Source: Octopus sinensis (Eukaryota). Taken from it: 64,000 bases of DNA. Numbering within the stretch: the first letter of the stretch is position 1; each line of letters opens with the position of its first letter. The stretch covers positions 86,862,001 to 86,926,000 of the forward strand of contig NC_043002.1 in assembly GCF_006345805.1 (NCBI RefSeq), read 5' to 3'. Positions 1-14,546 of this stretch are shown piece by piece. The notes below the pieces were generated by a model. The model had not been told where the DNA came from, did no database searches, and saw only the letters and a program-made list of their open reading frames with translations. The position numbers and the translations under genes were made by a program.

Positions 1-69
1 TAGAATGAAGAATATAATGAAAACGGTTTACTGACTAAAGCACAATATATAAAAAATTTCAATTCCTGT

Positions 70-260
70 CACTGGATTGGCACAACCATTTACATGTCAG
101 CCTTGTATTTGTTTCAGCTTTTTACATTGAGTTCAAATTCTGCCAAAGTCAGTTTTGCTTTTCATCCTTCCAGTGTTGATAAAGTAAGGTATCAGTCAAG
201 TATTTGGGTTGATTTAATCAGCTTACACTCTCCTCCAAAATGCTGGCCTTGTGCCTTGAA
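70..260 (+). mobile_element. SINE family C (Meta-domain-like core), degenerate
   Basis: gagttcaaattctgcc...gcttttcatccttcc...gataaagtaaggtatcag...gctggccttgtgcc. Confidence 0.7.
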
Positions 261-1330
261 AGAATATTTCTAATTTCAAATAATAGCAAAGATTTAACTT
301 GAAATTACAAACAAAATATTTTAGCTGCACAAGTCAAATTATTTCAGCTGGATTGAGAGGGTGACAACTCACTTTCCTTGAATAATTTTGATGCTGTCTG
401 CTGAGAGGTTAAAAATAAACCTTCTTAGTCACCAGTACTTTTCTTTATACCTTTGTACTTGCTATTGTCTTTCCTTATCTATGAGACTTTTTACCCATGT
501 CATATACTAGTTACTTGAACTAGTTTAGGTTTAGTTATCATGTTGAATTTATGTTGATTTCTCAATTGTCATGGACTGCTGCTTAAATCTGCCTTATTGT
601 GCTATAACTGTAAACTTATGAGAGTAATGGAGTAAACTAAGAATTTGGCTATATTCAGATTGTGAAATTTATGAATAAAGTATCCAAGTTACACGAGAAG
701 AAAATTTTTTTTATAAAATAACTGTTTGAATGGTAATTTTCTCTTAATCTGACACCTGTTACTAATTCTAAAGTAATTACCATCAACATCATTAGAATTC
801 ATAATAGTAAACAAAATTAACTCTTATTTCGTTGTGGTATGCAATTGAGAAGATGTCATAAAAATTAGGTTTTACATATTTTACTATGTTGTAATCTGGT
901 ACTCTTGTGAACTGGAGAGTGTTGGCTTAGAAAATTTTCTGGCGTATTAGAACTCATTCTTAGAAAATACAATTTTTATCCCACAGAAGTACATGATTAT
1001 ATCACTAAACAGAAATAAATGGAATAGTAATGAAGATAGATATAAATACATCACCACCATTTGAAATCCCATTTTTTATGCTGGTATGGTTTGAACAGAT
1101 TTTTAATTTTCTTATTCAGAGTTATTGCCCTTGTAGATAAGTTGAAGCTCATGTTACATTGTTGGTTAATTTCTACAGCTGGATGCCCTTCCTATTATGA
1201 ACCTTTTTTTTTTTTCACAGTATACAAGATTCATTTTAGGTACTGGCACTAAACTGTATTACCTCTGGCATGACTAAAGATGCCTTTATACCTGTGTGCT
1301 CTCCTTGTACCTATATATTTGTTGTAGTAG

Positions 1331-1689
1331 TCTTTTACTTGTTTCAGTCATTTGACCGTGGCCATGCTGGAGCACCGCCTTTTAGTCAAGCAAATCAACC
1401 CCAGGACTTATTCTATCGGTCTCTTTTGCCGAACTGGTAAGTTATGGAGATGTAAACACACCAGCATCAGTTGTCAAGCGATGTTGGAGGGGGGGGGGAT
1501 AACACACACACACACACATACATACATATACAACGGGCTTCTTTCTGTCTACCAGATCCACTCACAAGGCTTTGGTTGGCCCGAGGCAATAGTAGAAGAT
1601 TCTTGCGCAAGGTGCCACGCAGTGGGACTGAACCCAAAACCATGTGGTTAGTAAGCAAGCTACTTACCACACAGCCACTCCTACGCCTA
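1331..1689 (-). mobile_element. tRNA-derived SINE family A, near full length
   Basis: Reverse complement of the 40507 and 58818 copies: A box TGGCTGTGTGGT, B box GGTTCAGTCCC, CORE-like GGCACCTTG(G/C)GCAAG, internal (CA)n, tail ...GACTGAAACAAGTAAAAG. Confidence 0.9.
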
Positions 1690-2949
1690 ATAGTAATGTT
1701 TCTAGCATAGGCACAAGGCCAGAAATTTGGGGATAGGGAATGGTTGTAAATATTGACCCACTGAAGCATGTAGAGTTGACCTTGAAATGATTTGAAATTA
1801 AGGTAAATAGCTAGAACAAGTAGTGTGTGGCATTCTGTTTCATGATCTAATAGTTCTGCCAATCCACTCCTCTTAGTAATGATAAAAATAATCATTTCAA
1901 ACAAATACAAGGTTAGAAACTTGGAAACTAGTGGAAGTAGTTGATTATGTTAAATCTTGTATTGGAGTGATATTTTGGTTTATTGATCCCTCCCCAAAAG
2001 GATAAAAGGTAAAGTTGACCCCTGAGGTTTGAAACTCAGATCATAAATAGCCATAAGTAAATACCAGTGCTTTCTGTCCCCACACTAATGATTCTACCAA
2101 TCCAATAATATAAAATTCTAAAAAAAAAAATTCTTTTTAATTTTGTGAAGAGTTGGCCTAAGTTCTTTATCCTGTAGCTACCACTACACTGATTTGGGGT
2201 CAGAGGTAACGAGTGTACTGAAATTAATAACCATGTGTATAAAAACATAAAACAATGTATGAATTGACCTTATATACATAAACTTGAAATAAGTACAGTA
2301 AATATTGTACAAAACTGTTAATTTCACTTAAAACAGTGGTCTAATTAAGCTTTAATGAAGGACCTCATAGTATTAAAATCCTTTTAATCTCATTTCACTT
2401 ATTCCTCTACCAGAGCAAGATTGTCATCAGACATTGTTCGACATTGTTCTGCAAAAATCTTGATGTGAAACTGTGTGTTAAAACAGATATTGTTCAACTT
2501 GGGGAGGGTCATTTTGTCAATAAAGACATACACATTGGTTGTATTTCACTGCAGTTTTAATAATATTAGATTAGATTAATTTTGTTTATCAATAAGAGTT
2601 CCATATATAGTCAAGGATTGGGGAACTAAATCTAGAATTTCTAGTAACTTACAAGATTTTAATTTTGTGTATACAATGATTTTATTTACAGTGATTGCTG
2701 GGGTTATGGATTAAAATTGAAGATACTTTCATGCACTCTACTTTTGGTGTAAGATTGTCTTGTGGTGTCTAAGTTGCGTAGATTATACCTGTGCTGAATA
2801 TTAATGCAGAATGAAGGGTGGTTTCATTTATGCTGAGTGTGTATTATACATAACAGTGAGAAAAGGTTATTAATGTTGAGAGGTGTAGGAGACAAATGAA
2901 TTAAGTAATGCTAGAATGTGGGTGGGAGAGTGGCTTGTATGCAAGCAAC

Positions 2950-3300
2950 AAAACACTTCACCAAAGGTACCCAAGGACCAGGTAGTGGTGTTAAACAGGA
3001 TAATAAAGTCTACCATCCATGAAGGAGAACCAAAGTGTCTTTACTGTGTGTCAGTTTCATTTGAAGATTATGTCCTACTCCACTTTGTTTCTTCCCTAAA
3101 ATATCATGAAGTGCTCATAACATTTGCCACTAAGCTTTGCTTTTTGGTATCTGGTGACTGTCCAAGCAGTGTACCCAAACAGTAGCACTAATTCCATAAT
3201 GGCACAGAAGAAGGTCTTAAGATCCTTTGGTAGTGGTGACATATTCTTTTCTGTGGATGCAGCGTTTACTTCCTCAGTAAACAAAGCAGATTTTTAGAGG
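2950..3300 (-). mobile_element. Ancient RTE-like RT remnant
   Basis: LKTFFCAIMELVLLFGYTAWTVT resembles the RTE motif F.A.VESVLLYG.ETWT. Confidence 0.5.
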
Positions 3301-4139
3301 CTTTTGTTTTTGCTTATTTGAGCCTTCCTGGTTGTAGCAGATCCCTTCGGTCTTTGAGTTATTGACATAAAGATCACTTATTTTCTGCTACTTCTTCATC
3401 TGACTAAACAAAACATATGGTAATCATTGCGTCATTTGAGACACACATTTTGCAGAACATTAATGGAGATCTATGCAGGAACTGAGTGAAACACGCCTAT
3501 GACCACTCTATGATTATACACTAGTCAGCTATACATCTTGTAACTAGGGATGAAATTACCAAACCTCTCATTTCTCTGAGACTCGCCTTTATTCTCTTTT
3601 AGTCATTGCATTGTGTCACCTGTGTAATGAGGAATGGGACTGGAACTGCAGATTCTACCATTATCCTTATTCCACTTTTCTCTCTCATCAAGATAACTTA
3701 CATATGGAAGATAGCATCAAATATGTTCATATCTGGCACACCCTACCAACACCTGTGCTGCCAGCTGTCACTTCTATATCCAGCCTCTCATTAATGACAT
3801 CCTTTTCTATTACCATCCATCATTTGATTTCTCACTAGCAAACATATAACTATCAACACCTTAACTTTTCAGCACTGTCACTTTTCAATTACTCTCTCCT
3901 CTATCACCCTCTCGTCTCAATTACTGTGTAATCTGTCCAACCCATACCTGGAAAGCTGATGTAAAATGATATATTTGTGTGTGTGTGTGTGTGTCATCTT
4001 TTTCAATATTTTGGTTTTGCTCCCATGGTTTGGATAGTTTTGCACATATTAGATATTTTGTAAGAAAAATGTTGGTTTCTTTTAGTTTAGTGACAGTCTT
4101 AAGATTCTGAACTTAGAGAAGTACAAAATATTTTAGTGT

Positions 4140-4290
4140 GATTAAGAAACTTGCTTATCAACCAAATGGTCTCTTGTTTAGTCTCAGTGTGTGGCACCTT
4201 GATCAAGTGTCCTTTAAGCCTTGTGAATGAATTAGGTTGGTGGAAACTGAAAGAAGCCCATCGTGTGTATATACCCTTGTCTTGACATGT
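4140..4290 (+). mobile_element. SINE family A, degenerate
   Basis: gtggcaccttgatcaagtgtc ... ggaaactgaaagaagcccatcg. Confidence 0.7.
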
Positions 4291-7200
4291 GATGGTTGTA
4301 AACAAATGTCACCTTTATACAAATAAGGTTGTTCATTTCCAGTTTTCCATAAAAAATTTTTTTTTAATTTGTCTAGCCATGAGCAATTATTACCTTGCTA
4401 GAAAACAGGTGAGAGTTGGCAACAGGTAGGATATCTCACCCATGCAAGCATGGAAAAGAGGATAGTTGATGATGTGATTTTTTTTTTCTTTGTGTGTGTT
4501 TCTTAATACCAGTGTCCTATTCTTAATGTAAATTACCTTCCATGTACCTGTATGTTGTTTTTCTAGAGCAAATGTCTCAAAACTCCGGTTTTTATTGATA
4601 GCCCAACATTTTAAGATACAGAAATTATATATGAGTACACAAAAATAGTCTTAAGGAGAAACCTTTTATATTCTAAATGCCAGCTGAAAGAGAATGATTG
4701 TTTTGCTAAATCCATCCAAATCTTTCACTGATAATTTAATGAGAAATATGGTCACAAAGGATTTAAATTATTTCTGATGTATTTATATTCTCCCAGATGT
4801 ATTTTGCTTTTTTAGTATGTAAATAAAACTTAAATGAAGCTTCTTTTTTTTTTTTTTGTCTTCTCCATTGCAATAATTTTCAATAAATTATAGAAATTTA
4901 GAAAACCTTTTGCTGAGAAGCGTATTATCTAAAAGCTTTATAACCATACAGATTTATCATAAGAAATGAGTTTACAACTTAATATTCTAATTTTGAAGGC
5001 ATTTTCTATTAATTTTACAAGATATTTCCATATTCATATAATATTGATGAAATATTTTATGTAATAAAGTTTTTATGCATGAATGTCAATAAATTGTGCA
5101 TGTTATTTACTATGACAGATTTAACATATACTTTGTTATGCAAGCTTTTTTTTTTTTTTCCTCAGTATTTACTTTATCACTCTCTGCTTGTGTGCTGAGC
5201 CAAAATTGATTACTATCCAATATGGCCTGCAGCCAACAACAACTGAAAGTAATAGTTATAATTTCAACAATGGATTTGTACTATATATGTCAAACAGGAT
5301 TGAAATAGTTTTCTAGGAGAAATAGTAATTTTCAGTTTCTAAAAAGAGTTCCTGTTCTGATTCTGAAGAAATGCTGTTTGTTTAATGGTTTTATATACAA
5401 ACCTTATCAAGTAACTAAAGCCTTCATTATTAATCTGCTATAAACATTGATAGAATGCAAAAATGTTTGGTTATGATTGTTAAATACTTTCTTTTTGGAT
5501 TGTATTTCAATTTATAGGTTTGATGAATGGTCTTGTATATTTACATTTGGTCTTAGAGCTTATAGGCATGTAAAAGTGAACTGTAGTTTGTACCTCATGT
5601 ATTAATAGCTAAATCACACACATGCTGTTTGATTCTGGGTATCCATTTTTTTTATGTAGCCCTCTTATGTATGGTGTAAAAGGTTTCCACTTTTAGATGA
5701 GGTAGGTACATTGTGTCTTGTGGTTTTCCATCCGCCACTTCACTCAGTGACTTTTTAAGTGGAGTTCATTCTGTGGCAAGCTTACAGATGAGGTTTTCAA
5801 CAGGAAGGTATTGTGAGATCACAATACCTTTGAGAGTGTCCCACTGTGCAAATATACTTCTAGATGCCAAAAACAAGTATTAAATCTACTGAACAATTCT
5901 TCCTTGTTCTCTCAACATAGACTTCACATATCATCTCTTACTGGCATAGAAACCCACATTTTATTTCTGTGTGTGGCAACCCTTGTTATCAAACTTCACT
6001 TTGAAAGATGGTGTCCTCCACATGTAAATTCTACTCTCTCATCACTCACTGACCACACTTGGATATCAGCCAGAAAGACTTCCAGTTACTCTTGTTCAGT
6101 TTCCCAACCCCTTCTCTAAATGCATCTACTTCCTCTATTGCTCTCTGGATTCTTCCAATAAACAACTCTGACCAAATTGCTTCCTGTATCAAGAACACTT
6201 AGCTTCACCCTTCACTAAAGTCGTTATTCCCAATGACTTCAATCATTTTTGACTCTCATATAAAACCAAATCTTTTACAGTCCTCATCTCTCTTAACATC
6301 TGTTAGTTTTATTCCCTATATACATCCCTGGCTGAGAAATAGACGCTCCAAACATATTTGAACTCTTTTTTTTTTTTTTTACTCTGAAGACAACCTTTAC
6401 CAAACCATCTCTGCACCTATTAAGTTCATCATTCATCTGTTTACTACATTCCTTCTCTTAAACTCTATGGTACTTCAATTTAGTCTACTGGTCAAATTGC
6501 CCTCAGTTTTTTGCTGATAGTTATCTGTAGCAGCACTTGCTACCCTGTCAAAAATATCTAAGCAGGTGACTTCATACCATCCTTTTCAGCATGCTCCCCC
6601 TGTTGTTATACACCACATACAGCTAAACTCAGCCCCAAGTAGCACAAGTAGTTCACTCACAGCTGTGCTTCAGTAGTTCAGGCAAAGGACATGATCTACA
6701 ATGCTTGAAGAATATCACCCACTCTTAGAAATCAGTCTTGAAGCAGTCACAGTGCTAGGTAAAACAACTTTTACCTAGCACTGCAACTGCTCCAAGACTT
6801 TTCACTCTATGTATCTAACAGTGTCCAAACAGCACCCAGTCCTTTTGGTCTCTTACCAAAAGGAGCTGTGTGTGTGTGTGTGTGTGCTGCAGCACACACA
6901 CACACACATCCTGGACTACATCCAAAGGGAGGTCACTTGACTGTTTGACGTAAGTTGCTCACCAATAGTCTCCCACCTCTGGCCCTCTGACACGATGTGT
7001 CTACTTTCTTTTACTCCTGCAGTTCTCACTATACTTTAGGCTGGCTTGTCTCGTACTGTCTCTACTCTGGCACACTAGACTCAATCGCCTCTCATATTAC
7101 CCATATTGTCTCCACTTCAAGGCCTTGCACTAAACACTACATTTATTCCTTCCTTCCTTAGAATATCAGATCCCCTGGAATTTCCATCCTAAAAATTATT

Positions 7201-8844
7201 CCTGCAGCTATCAAGTTGTAAATGTTGACTAGGGACATTAATGATGGTGGTCTCATTAGTGTTGGAGCCTGTGAAAGAAATAAACACAGCCCCTTCCTTC
7301 AAACCCAACCAATAAATAAATCATCATTTAACATCTGTTGTCCATGCTGTTATGGGTTGGATGGTTAAACCATTGCTGGTAAGCTGAGGGATTGCACCAG
7401 ACTCCAGTCTGATTTGGCATATATGGCTGAATGCCCTTTCTAACACCAAATATGAAAATAATTCATTGTGATCAACATTCCCTAAAATTTTCTTACATCA
7501 CTGAATGGTGCTATTTTTTTGACACAAAGATTAAAAATATTTGAGCTTCAAAGCTAGTGCACAGCATTTGAATTTTGGTGCTACATAGCAAGCAAATAAA
7601 AGCCAGTGGTTATGTTTTTTTTATGCTTGCTATACTGATACAGTGACAATACAACTGTCTAGCTTAGAGGAAATTTGAAATTGATAGGATGTTGCTAATG
7701 AAGAGAAAAATTCTTAAATTTGTGGAAATTTGCTTTATTGATACCGACTTTTCTTACAATGTTCATTACTAACCTGCAAAATGATTTGAAATTAGATTAT
7801 CTGTGTTATTCTAGTTAGGAATTAGTCTTTCAGATATATCTTTTTTGTTTTGGGGGACATTTGTAACTTTGGATACAGCTTTCAACAGAAACTTTTTGAG
7901 ATTTTTTTTTTCTGTTCCTGACAGCAAATTTCATAATTTTTGTTTTTTCCAAAACTTTTCTCTTCACTTCCAATTTTGAAAATGCTTTGTTCCTCAAAAA
8001 TATGCAATATTAATGCTTTCCTTTTGGTTTAGAAATTGGCCACAATTAGTAAAGATGGTAATGAGCACTAAGTATATAATTAGTGCACAATTATTAAATT
8101 AGGTTTTGTGATTATATGTTAAGAGTTTTTACTGCCATTGAAAGGAGTGAAATGAATACACTTTGCTTCTTTAAACCCAACAAAAATGCACTGCTTAACC
8201 TGAATGTCTACTAAATTATTTAAAAGATAACATAATTAGTTATTGTTCCTTCTCACATATAATAAAACTATGAATTTAGAACACCTTTTGAACAATACTG
8301 TATACAGTTTCAAATATTCCTTTGCAACCTGTTGTTAAATATTTGAGTTTTCACATTAAATGGAAATGCACCATGTTCAAAATGTTTTGTGTTGGTGTGG
8401 CTTAGACATACATTGTAATAATAGCTAAAGAATGAATCAGTTTTAAATAGTAGTAGGATGGGTGAAATTAGCTTTATTAATTGAGCCACGGGCAGATTAA
8501 ATGATAAAACTATGAAAATTTTAACAGTATTAGTTTCATTAGCAAGGAATATATTTTGAAGAACTGGGGAAAATGATCAGGATTAAAATTAAGAAAATTA
8601 AAGTAATTGAACACAGTATTAAAAAGTAGTTGAACAAAGTATTAAGATCTTTCTTCTTCCACATAATAAGTCACTCTAGAAATAACTTTGGTTTTGCTGC
8701 TTAATTGTCAGCATTAAAAAAATGTTTAATAAGGTACTTTCTAAATGATTTGAAAAAAGAAAAATGCTTAAATTCTCTGTTATTTGCAAATGTTGTATTA
8801 AATCTCAATTTCAATTAAGCATATGCTCAAATTTGACTCTACGG

Positions 8845-8990
8845 GTGTAGATATATGGAGATTGCTTTATAACAATATCATTTTGGTTTGAATCCCACTG
8901 TCACCATGGGCAAATGTCTTCTATCATAGCTTCCAGCTGACCAATACTTTGTGGAATCAAGAGTTAGAAACCATATTGAAGGCTATTGTG
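8845..8990 (+). mobile_element. SINE family A, degenerate head
   Basis: ggtttgaatcccactg...gggcaaatgtcttctatcatagc. Confidence 0.55.
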
Positions 8991-10132
8991 TGTGTTGATA
9001 TTTCTGCTGAGATAAAAATGGTGATGCTATGTTTACATTGCCTGGGAACAATAAGCTCTGTAGCTCTGTGCTTTCAAAGTCTAATGCAGCAGAAAAAGTC
9101 CTTGAGTTAGGTAAGGATTGGCAACAGAAAAAGCATTTGGCCATAAAATGCTGTCATAAAAAAAAGAATCATTCAAGCCATACCAACATGAGAAAATAGG
9201 TATGAAACAAACCAGTGAACACACACCATACTTCAATTCTTTTTTTAGTTTTTTTGAAATTTCAGATATTTTATTACTTCATGCTAGTTTCATACTATTA
9301 TGTTAGGCTTAATGTGGATATAATATACTTCAGTTTCCTAATGAAATCTTTTTTAGTGCCAGAGTATTTCTAGGTAAACAAAATGAAAAAAAATTATTAG
9401 ACCCTTTCTGCAACTGAAAATTCCTTAACTCTTTTCACTCTAGTATAAAAAGCAACCACTAGTGTGCAAATACAAGCCAATTAACAAATTTCAATAAAAG
9501 TATCTTATATACTTCTTGCTATTCTGCAATGTTAATATTATAAAAGTTAACCTTTTAGTTCTGCCAACATCGTATTCATACAAATTAATTTAATTAATTG
9601 ATTACAATCAATCCTTTTTTGTTAAATGAAAAATAAAATTTAAAAGATCGAAACCAATCTGGTGTTAGCTGTTATTTTAGTGAGCTAAAAACTGAACCCT
9701 GAAGTTGATTTGTTTGGAAACTGGGTTAAAAACCAAACCTTAATCTCACTTTGTGATTGTTAATTATAAATTAGCTATATTTTGTTGTTGAAAGAATAAA
9801 ATTATTTCCTGGTTTACACTTACTGGTGTTTTTTAAACCAAGGAAGACAATCCACCACCAACTGGATTACTGTCAAATTTACTATGCAATGCCTGAATTT
9901 GATTGTTTCTGCTCAGATATTTTATTTTTCTATTATGTTTTAGATAGCATTTAATTCACAGCATACTAGAATCTGATAATTTATGTAATAGGGTTCCAAA
10001 TATATCAATGAATTTGATTCCTATTTGTTTTAGATATCATTCCATTTGAAATTAAATTTTTTTTTTCCTATCCTTCAAATCTCTCTTATTTACTTGTATT
10101 TATTTTTCATAACCTTCATATTCTGCTTACAG

Positions 10133-10250
10133 GGAAGTCGAGATAACATGAGCATTGTCCTCATAGCTTTTCCAGGAGCACCTAAGCTGTCAGATGAGGC
10201 AATAAGGAAAGAAAGAGAACTGGACACACGTTTGGAGAACAAAATTAAAG
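10133..10250 (+). CDS. PPM1B: PPM1A/B-type PP2C phosphatase, internal exon (end of catalytic domain)
   Basis: ttacag|GGA AGT CGA GAT AAC ATG... = [39 protein letters not shown](G); GSRDNMS is the PP2C metal-binding motif; donor G|gttttt; 118 nt, phase 0->1. Cannot distinguish A from B paralog type. Confidence 0.95.
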
Positions 10251-11919
10251 GTTTTTATATTTGTTTCACATTTTGGTTTTTATTGCTAATAGGTACGCAG
10301 GAGTTGAATAATAAGAGTACCACATATTTTGAATACGTTAAAAATTGTGTATAAACTTTCTTTTTTCTAATAATTTTCTGATAAAGTAATTAAGATTATG
10401 AGTATGTTACCAGCTCATTATCTAGAAACTGTATCACTGTTTTTAGAATATGTTAACCATATCCCTACATGTCATAAGTTGTAACTAAAATGTTGGTGTT
10501 AGGGATCACATCCAGCCTTTAAGGCTTCAATACTGCTTCAAAAGGTCCTGTCTGATATGTGCCTGCATGAAAAGACATATGAAAATGATGATGAAACCTT
10601 TCAGTAATAGAATTATTTTTATTTTGAATATTAGTTGGACTTTGGAATTATTGAAAATATGAGATATCTAGCAGTCTGAAACTGGTACATTCTAAATCGT
10701 ATGTTCTACAAGTCCCTCTCTGTATAGACATAGGTTCAATGCAAAATTGATTCTCAATTCAATAGATTTAATTTAGAAAAAATTAGATATGATCTTTGTA
10801 ATTTACAAATATGTTTTCTAGTAATAGTAGCAGGCATAGCTACATGGATACAGTTTGCTTGGTAACCATGTGGTCACTAATTCTGATTGCATGTCAAGTG
10901 TATTCCACATTAGTCTCAGGTTGACCAATGCTTTTTGAATGGAATTGGTTGACAAAAACTGTATGGGAGCCCATTGTATATATGTTTGTCTCTGTGTAGA
11001 GTGTTTACATTCTACATTTTGCAAGAAAGAGAAAGTGTTTCGCTAAAAATAAAATGGCAATATTTGATGATGTTCCTTATCTATAAATTGGCCTTTGATT
11101 CTATGCTTTGGAAGACAGCTGGAATATAAAATATCTGTAATCTGGAAAATAGGCCAGGGTGAGCAACGGGACGGATATCTGGTTAAAAAACAATGCTTCA
11201 ATAATTTTTGTTTAACACATGCTATCATGGAAAACATGTAAAATAAAAGAACAAATAAAATTAGATAAGTTGTAAAGTGTTTTTTCAGAAACTGCCATAC
11301 AATTTAGAAAAACGTGAATGGTAAGGATAATTGCTTTCTTGTGTAAAGTGTGACAGAAATTCTAGAGAGAATTGTATTTGAGACAAAATACTAACTTCAT
11401 TGTAAAACAGGATTGTGAAATTAAGAATAGTGCTGTATTTGACTCTCCATTTTTTTCTTGCTTATCTCTGTCGGAAACAATTTAACCATGCAAACATTCC
11501 ACCAAATTCTCATTTTTGTTGTGATTTATTTAGTTAAAAGTTAAAATATTGCTTTTAGAGTGAAAATTCTTTTGGCAGAGTTTAATGTCATTCTTTATTG
11601 ATTTTATCTGTTAAACTTGTACCTCAGTAATTGTTCAAAAAGTTGAACATTTAATTGCTAAATAGAGAAATTATCTTTCCATATTTCTGAAATAATGACT
11701 TTTTATGGTTATCAATGAATATTGCTCATATATTAATTTTTATCAAATTGATATCTCAGTCAGAACACTCAGCTCTTGCATTGCAGTTGTAGGCAAATCA
11801 CACTATTTACTTTAATTTCCATTATTTGGTTTTTGAATTTGGAACTGTATGGTATACCCTTCCAGCTAATTTTCCTTGGTGTGGATCTGCTTACTTTACA
11901 AGATAGTCATCATCAATTT

Positions 11920-13480
11920 TACGCCTTCACTATGTTGGCATGGGCTGGATGGATCAGTTTCAATACAGCTTCACATCACTTATCACAATCTTCCCTCATC
12001 TTCATGAACATTGAGATTGTCCACTAATGTCTTCTACAGGCTTCTACTTGTATATCATTTGGTACTTTCTCACCCAACAGTCATTCTTCATATGTATCAC
12101 TTGTCTATACTAACACAGTCTGCACATTACATTACATAGCTCTAGTACCTAGCTTTTCTCTGAGTTCACATGTATTTGATCTTGCTTACTGATCCAGCTC
12201 CATGACCACTTCATTTCATTTTTGGCTTTCATAAGCCATCGGTATTCATTGCCCATATCTTGCTACAGTATCACATTTCATATTCAATCTGCCCATCATT
12301 TGAAGAAAGTACTTTGTTGACAACATAGGTAACAGCTCCCCTTTTTCGCCTTGACATTGGTAATGTATTTTAAGACCTACCTCCATTACTGATCAGATAG
12401 CCTCAGTAATTTATAATGAGCCTTTTAGGTAATTGAGAGACTTCATTTTTTGGATGATGGTTCTGCTCTCTCTTCCTGAGCAATTATAACATGCAATATC
12501 CCCTCTCAGTCAGTATTATTTCCCATTTAACTTTTTGTGTATTCATTGTTTGCACCCGTTCCTTACATATTGTGCATTACTACTTTCCATTTGGTAGCAT
12601 TTTGTTTTCTTTCCTGCTAAAACCTTTGTTTTCACTAAATTGACCATTAGGCCCTCTCTCTGCAAGTTCTTGCTTCCTTGATAGGTACTTTTCCTTTTTT
12701 TTTTTTTTTCAAATGTTGAGGGGCTATGAGAATCTGCTAGTCAGCATACAGGAGTTCCTATAGGCAGCCAGACATGACCCACTGTGTTGTAATCAGAACT
12801 TGAAGAGGAGGGAGGATCTGAGCCATAGTGGCTGCCTACCTTCGCTAAATTTTTCACTGAAATAGTTTCCAACTAACTTTACTAACAACATCCTGTACAG
12901 TTGTATATTTAAGAGATGAGGAATTATGTACATTATTTGCATTTGATGGATATTTGTCCTCATCTTGTTTGTTGTTAACACGCTTTGGCTGATATACCTT
13001 CCAGCCTTCATCAGGTATCTTGGGGAAATTTCAAACCTAGGTTCTCATTCTTAAGGTATTTTTCGATATTATTATTCAGGTCACTGCTTGGACTCGAACT
13101 TGGAATCTTGGGGTTAGTAGCCTGCGCTCTTAACCACTACGCCATATGCCTGTACATCCTGTACATTGCTTGGCTCTCATAAGCCATTCTTGTATCCCAA
13201 CTTACTAGTGACCACCAGTTTATGATACACTATCAAAATCCTTTTTTAAGTTAACAAATACTTGTTATAACTCATTCATTAAGAACATATAGTTTCCCCA
13301 TTAAGAAGACGACATCACTGATGCCATAGACCCAATCTATATCTCATTTAAGTTCTTGCCCTTGAAGTAGCTTAATTATAACTCTCTGCCACTTTCATGG
13401 CTTGGTCCACCTGTTCAAAGCTTTTGTAGTTACTGCTTTCTAAAGCACCTCTCTGTAACAAATAATGATGTTGCTATGTC
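11920..13480 (-). mobile_element. Degenerate RTE-like LINE remnant interrupted by the family D SINE
   Basis: rc around 12070-12110 reads HMKNDCWVRK (cf. GHVMRMDEDCWVKK); heavily disrupted. Confidence 0.5.
12925..13150 (-). mobile_element. tRNA-headed SINE family D with Penelope-like 3' part
   Basis: Head rc GGCATATGGCGTAGTGGTTAAGAGCGCAGGCTACTAACCCCAAGATTCCAAGTTCGAGTCC (A and B boxes); body contains CCTGATGAAGGCTG...CAGCC. Confidence 0.8.
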
Positions 13481-13694
13481 AGTTATTGGAGATAACACAT
13501 CATCATTTAATGTCTACTTTTCCATGTTTGCATGGGTTGGACAGAGTTTGAAGCAGATTTTCTACAGCCAAATGCTCTTCCTGTCACCAACCCTCACCTT
13601 TTTCCCAGCAAGTTAATATTTCCGTATGGCTGGACATGTTCTTGCAGAATTTTGCAAATGAACAACACTACTTGTATATTAGACTAGGGCACAC

Positions 13695-13870
13695 ACTCAC
13701 ACATGCACATACTATGGGTTTCTTCCAGTTTGTCTACCAAATCCACTTGCAAGGTTTTGGTTGGTCCAGGTTTATAGTAGAAGACACTTAAATTGTCACA
13801 CAGTGGGACTCAACCTGGAACCATGTGGTTAGGAAGCAAACTTCTTACAACACAGCCATACCTGCACCTA
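13695..13870 (-). mobile_element. SINE family A, 5' half
   Basis: tctaccaaatccact...cagtgggactcaacctggaaccatgtgg...cacagccatacctgcacct. Confidence 0.8.
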
Positions 13871-14331
13871 CTTAAATTGATAATGCAAGTAACCAGTGTA
13901 TGTTATACTTTGCTAGATACTTTCAGCATTTTGGTGACTTGCTAATCATCAAGTTGTTTTCCCTAGGTTCATATCCTTAATGGCTTTTCTATCATTTAGA
14001 AATCTACCACAATAGCTTTTTTTCTTTGTGTGTGTGTGTGTGTGTGTGGAGTTAATGCAATTGGAGCCATTCTTCTTTTGCCTGTTACATTCCTATTATT
14101 CAGCAACAGCTCACAGAACCATTTCTATGCCTCTAAAGCAAGTGTGCTGCAGTCATTCTGTATATACTTTCAACTGGTGATGCCTGACATACTGCCTTGC
14201 AATTCAAGAGATCATGCTTCTGATTCACATGCTATAGAATATTAGCAGACCTCTTACTTTCACCCCCTCTCCACCCTTTAATCATTTAGAGGAAGAGAGG
14301 CTGTACCCATGACCTTTTTAGAGGTCTTTAA

Positions 14332-14546
14332 CCCTTTTGATACCAACCGATCTGAGGCCACCTTAAAAATCTATATAAGCTTTTTGTTTTAAAGTGATCT
14401 AAATTAAAACTGTCCATCAAAATTTTATGTTAATTTATGTTCCAAATACCAGCTCAGTAATGGAAAAGTTAATGTAGTAAATTCTTTATTTTCAGAATTG
14501 ACTGCAACTAAGGTAGCATTTTTCAACAAATATGGTAATAAAAGGG
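14332..14546. mobile_element. piggyBac-like MITE
   Basis: TTAA|CCCTTTTGATACCA ... TGGTAATAAAAGGG|TTAA. Confidence 0.8.

Noticed and set aside
1352-1910. Overlapping ORFs here and at 18760, 40482 and 58790
   Set aside because: All are translations of family A SINE copies
5890-6300. L2-like endonuclease remnant
   Set aside because: Only a DFN-like trace; too degenerate to call
13079-13150. tRNA gene (apparent ACT anticodon loop)
   Set aside because: No acceptor-stem pairing; continues into a repeat body and recurs at 53.2 kb, so it is a SINE head
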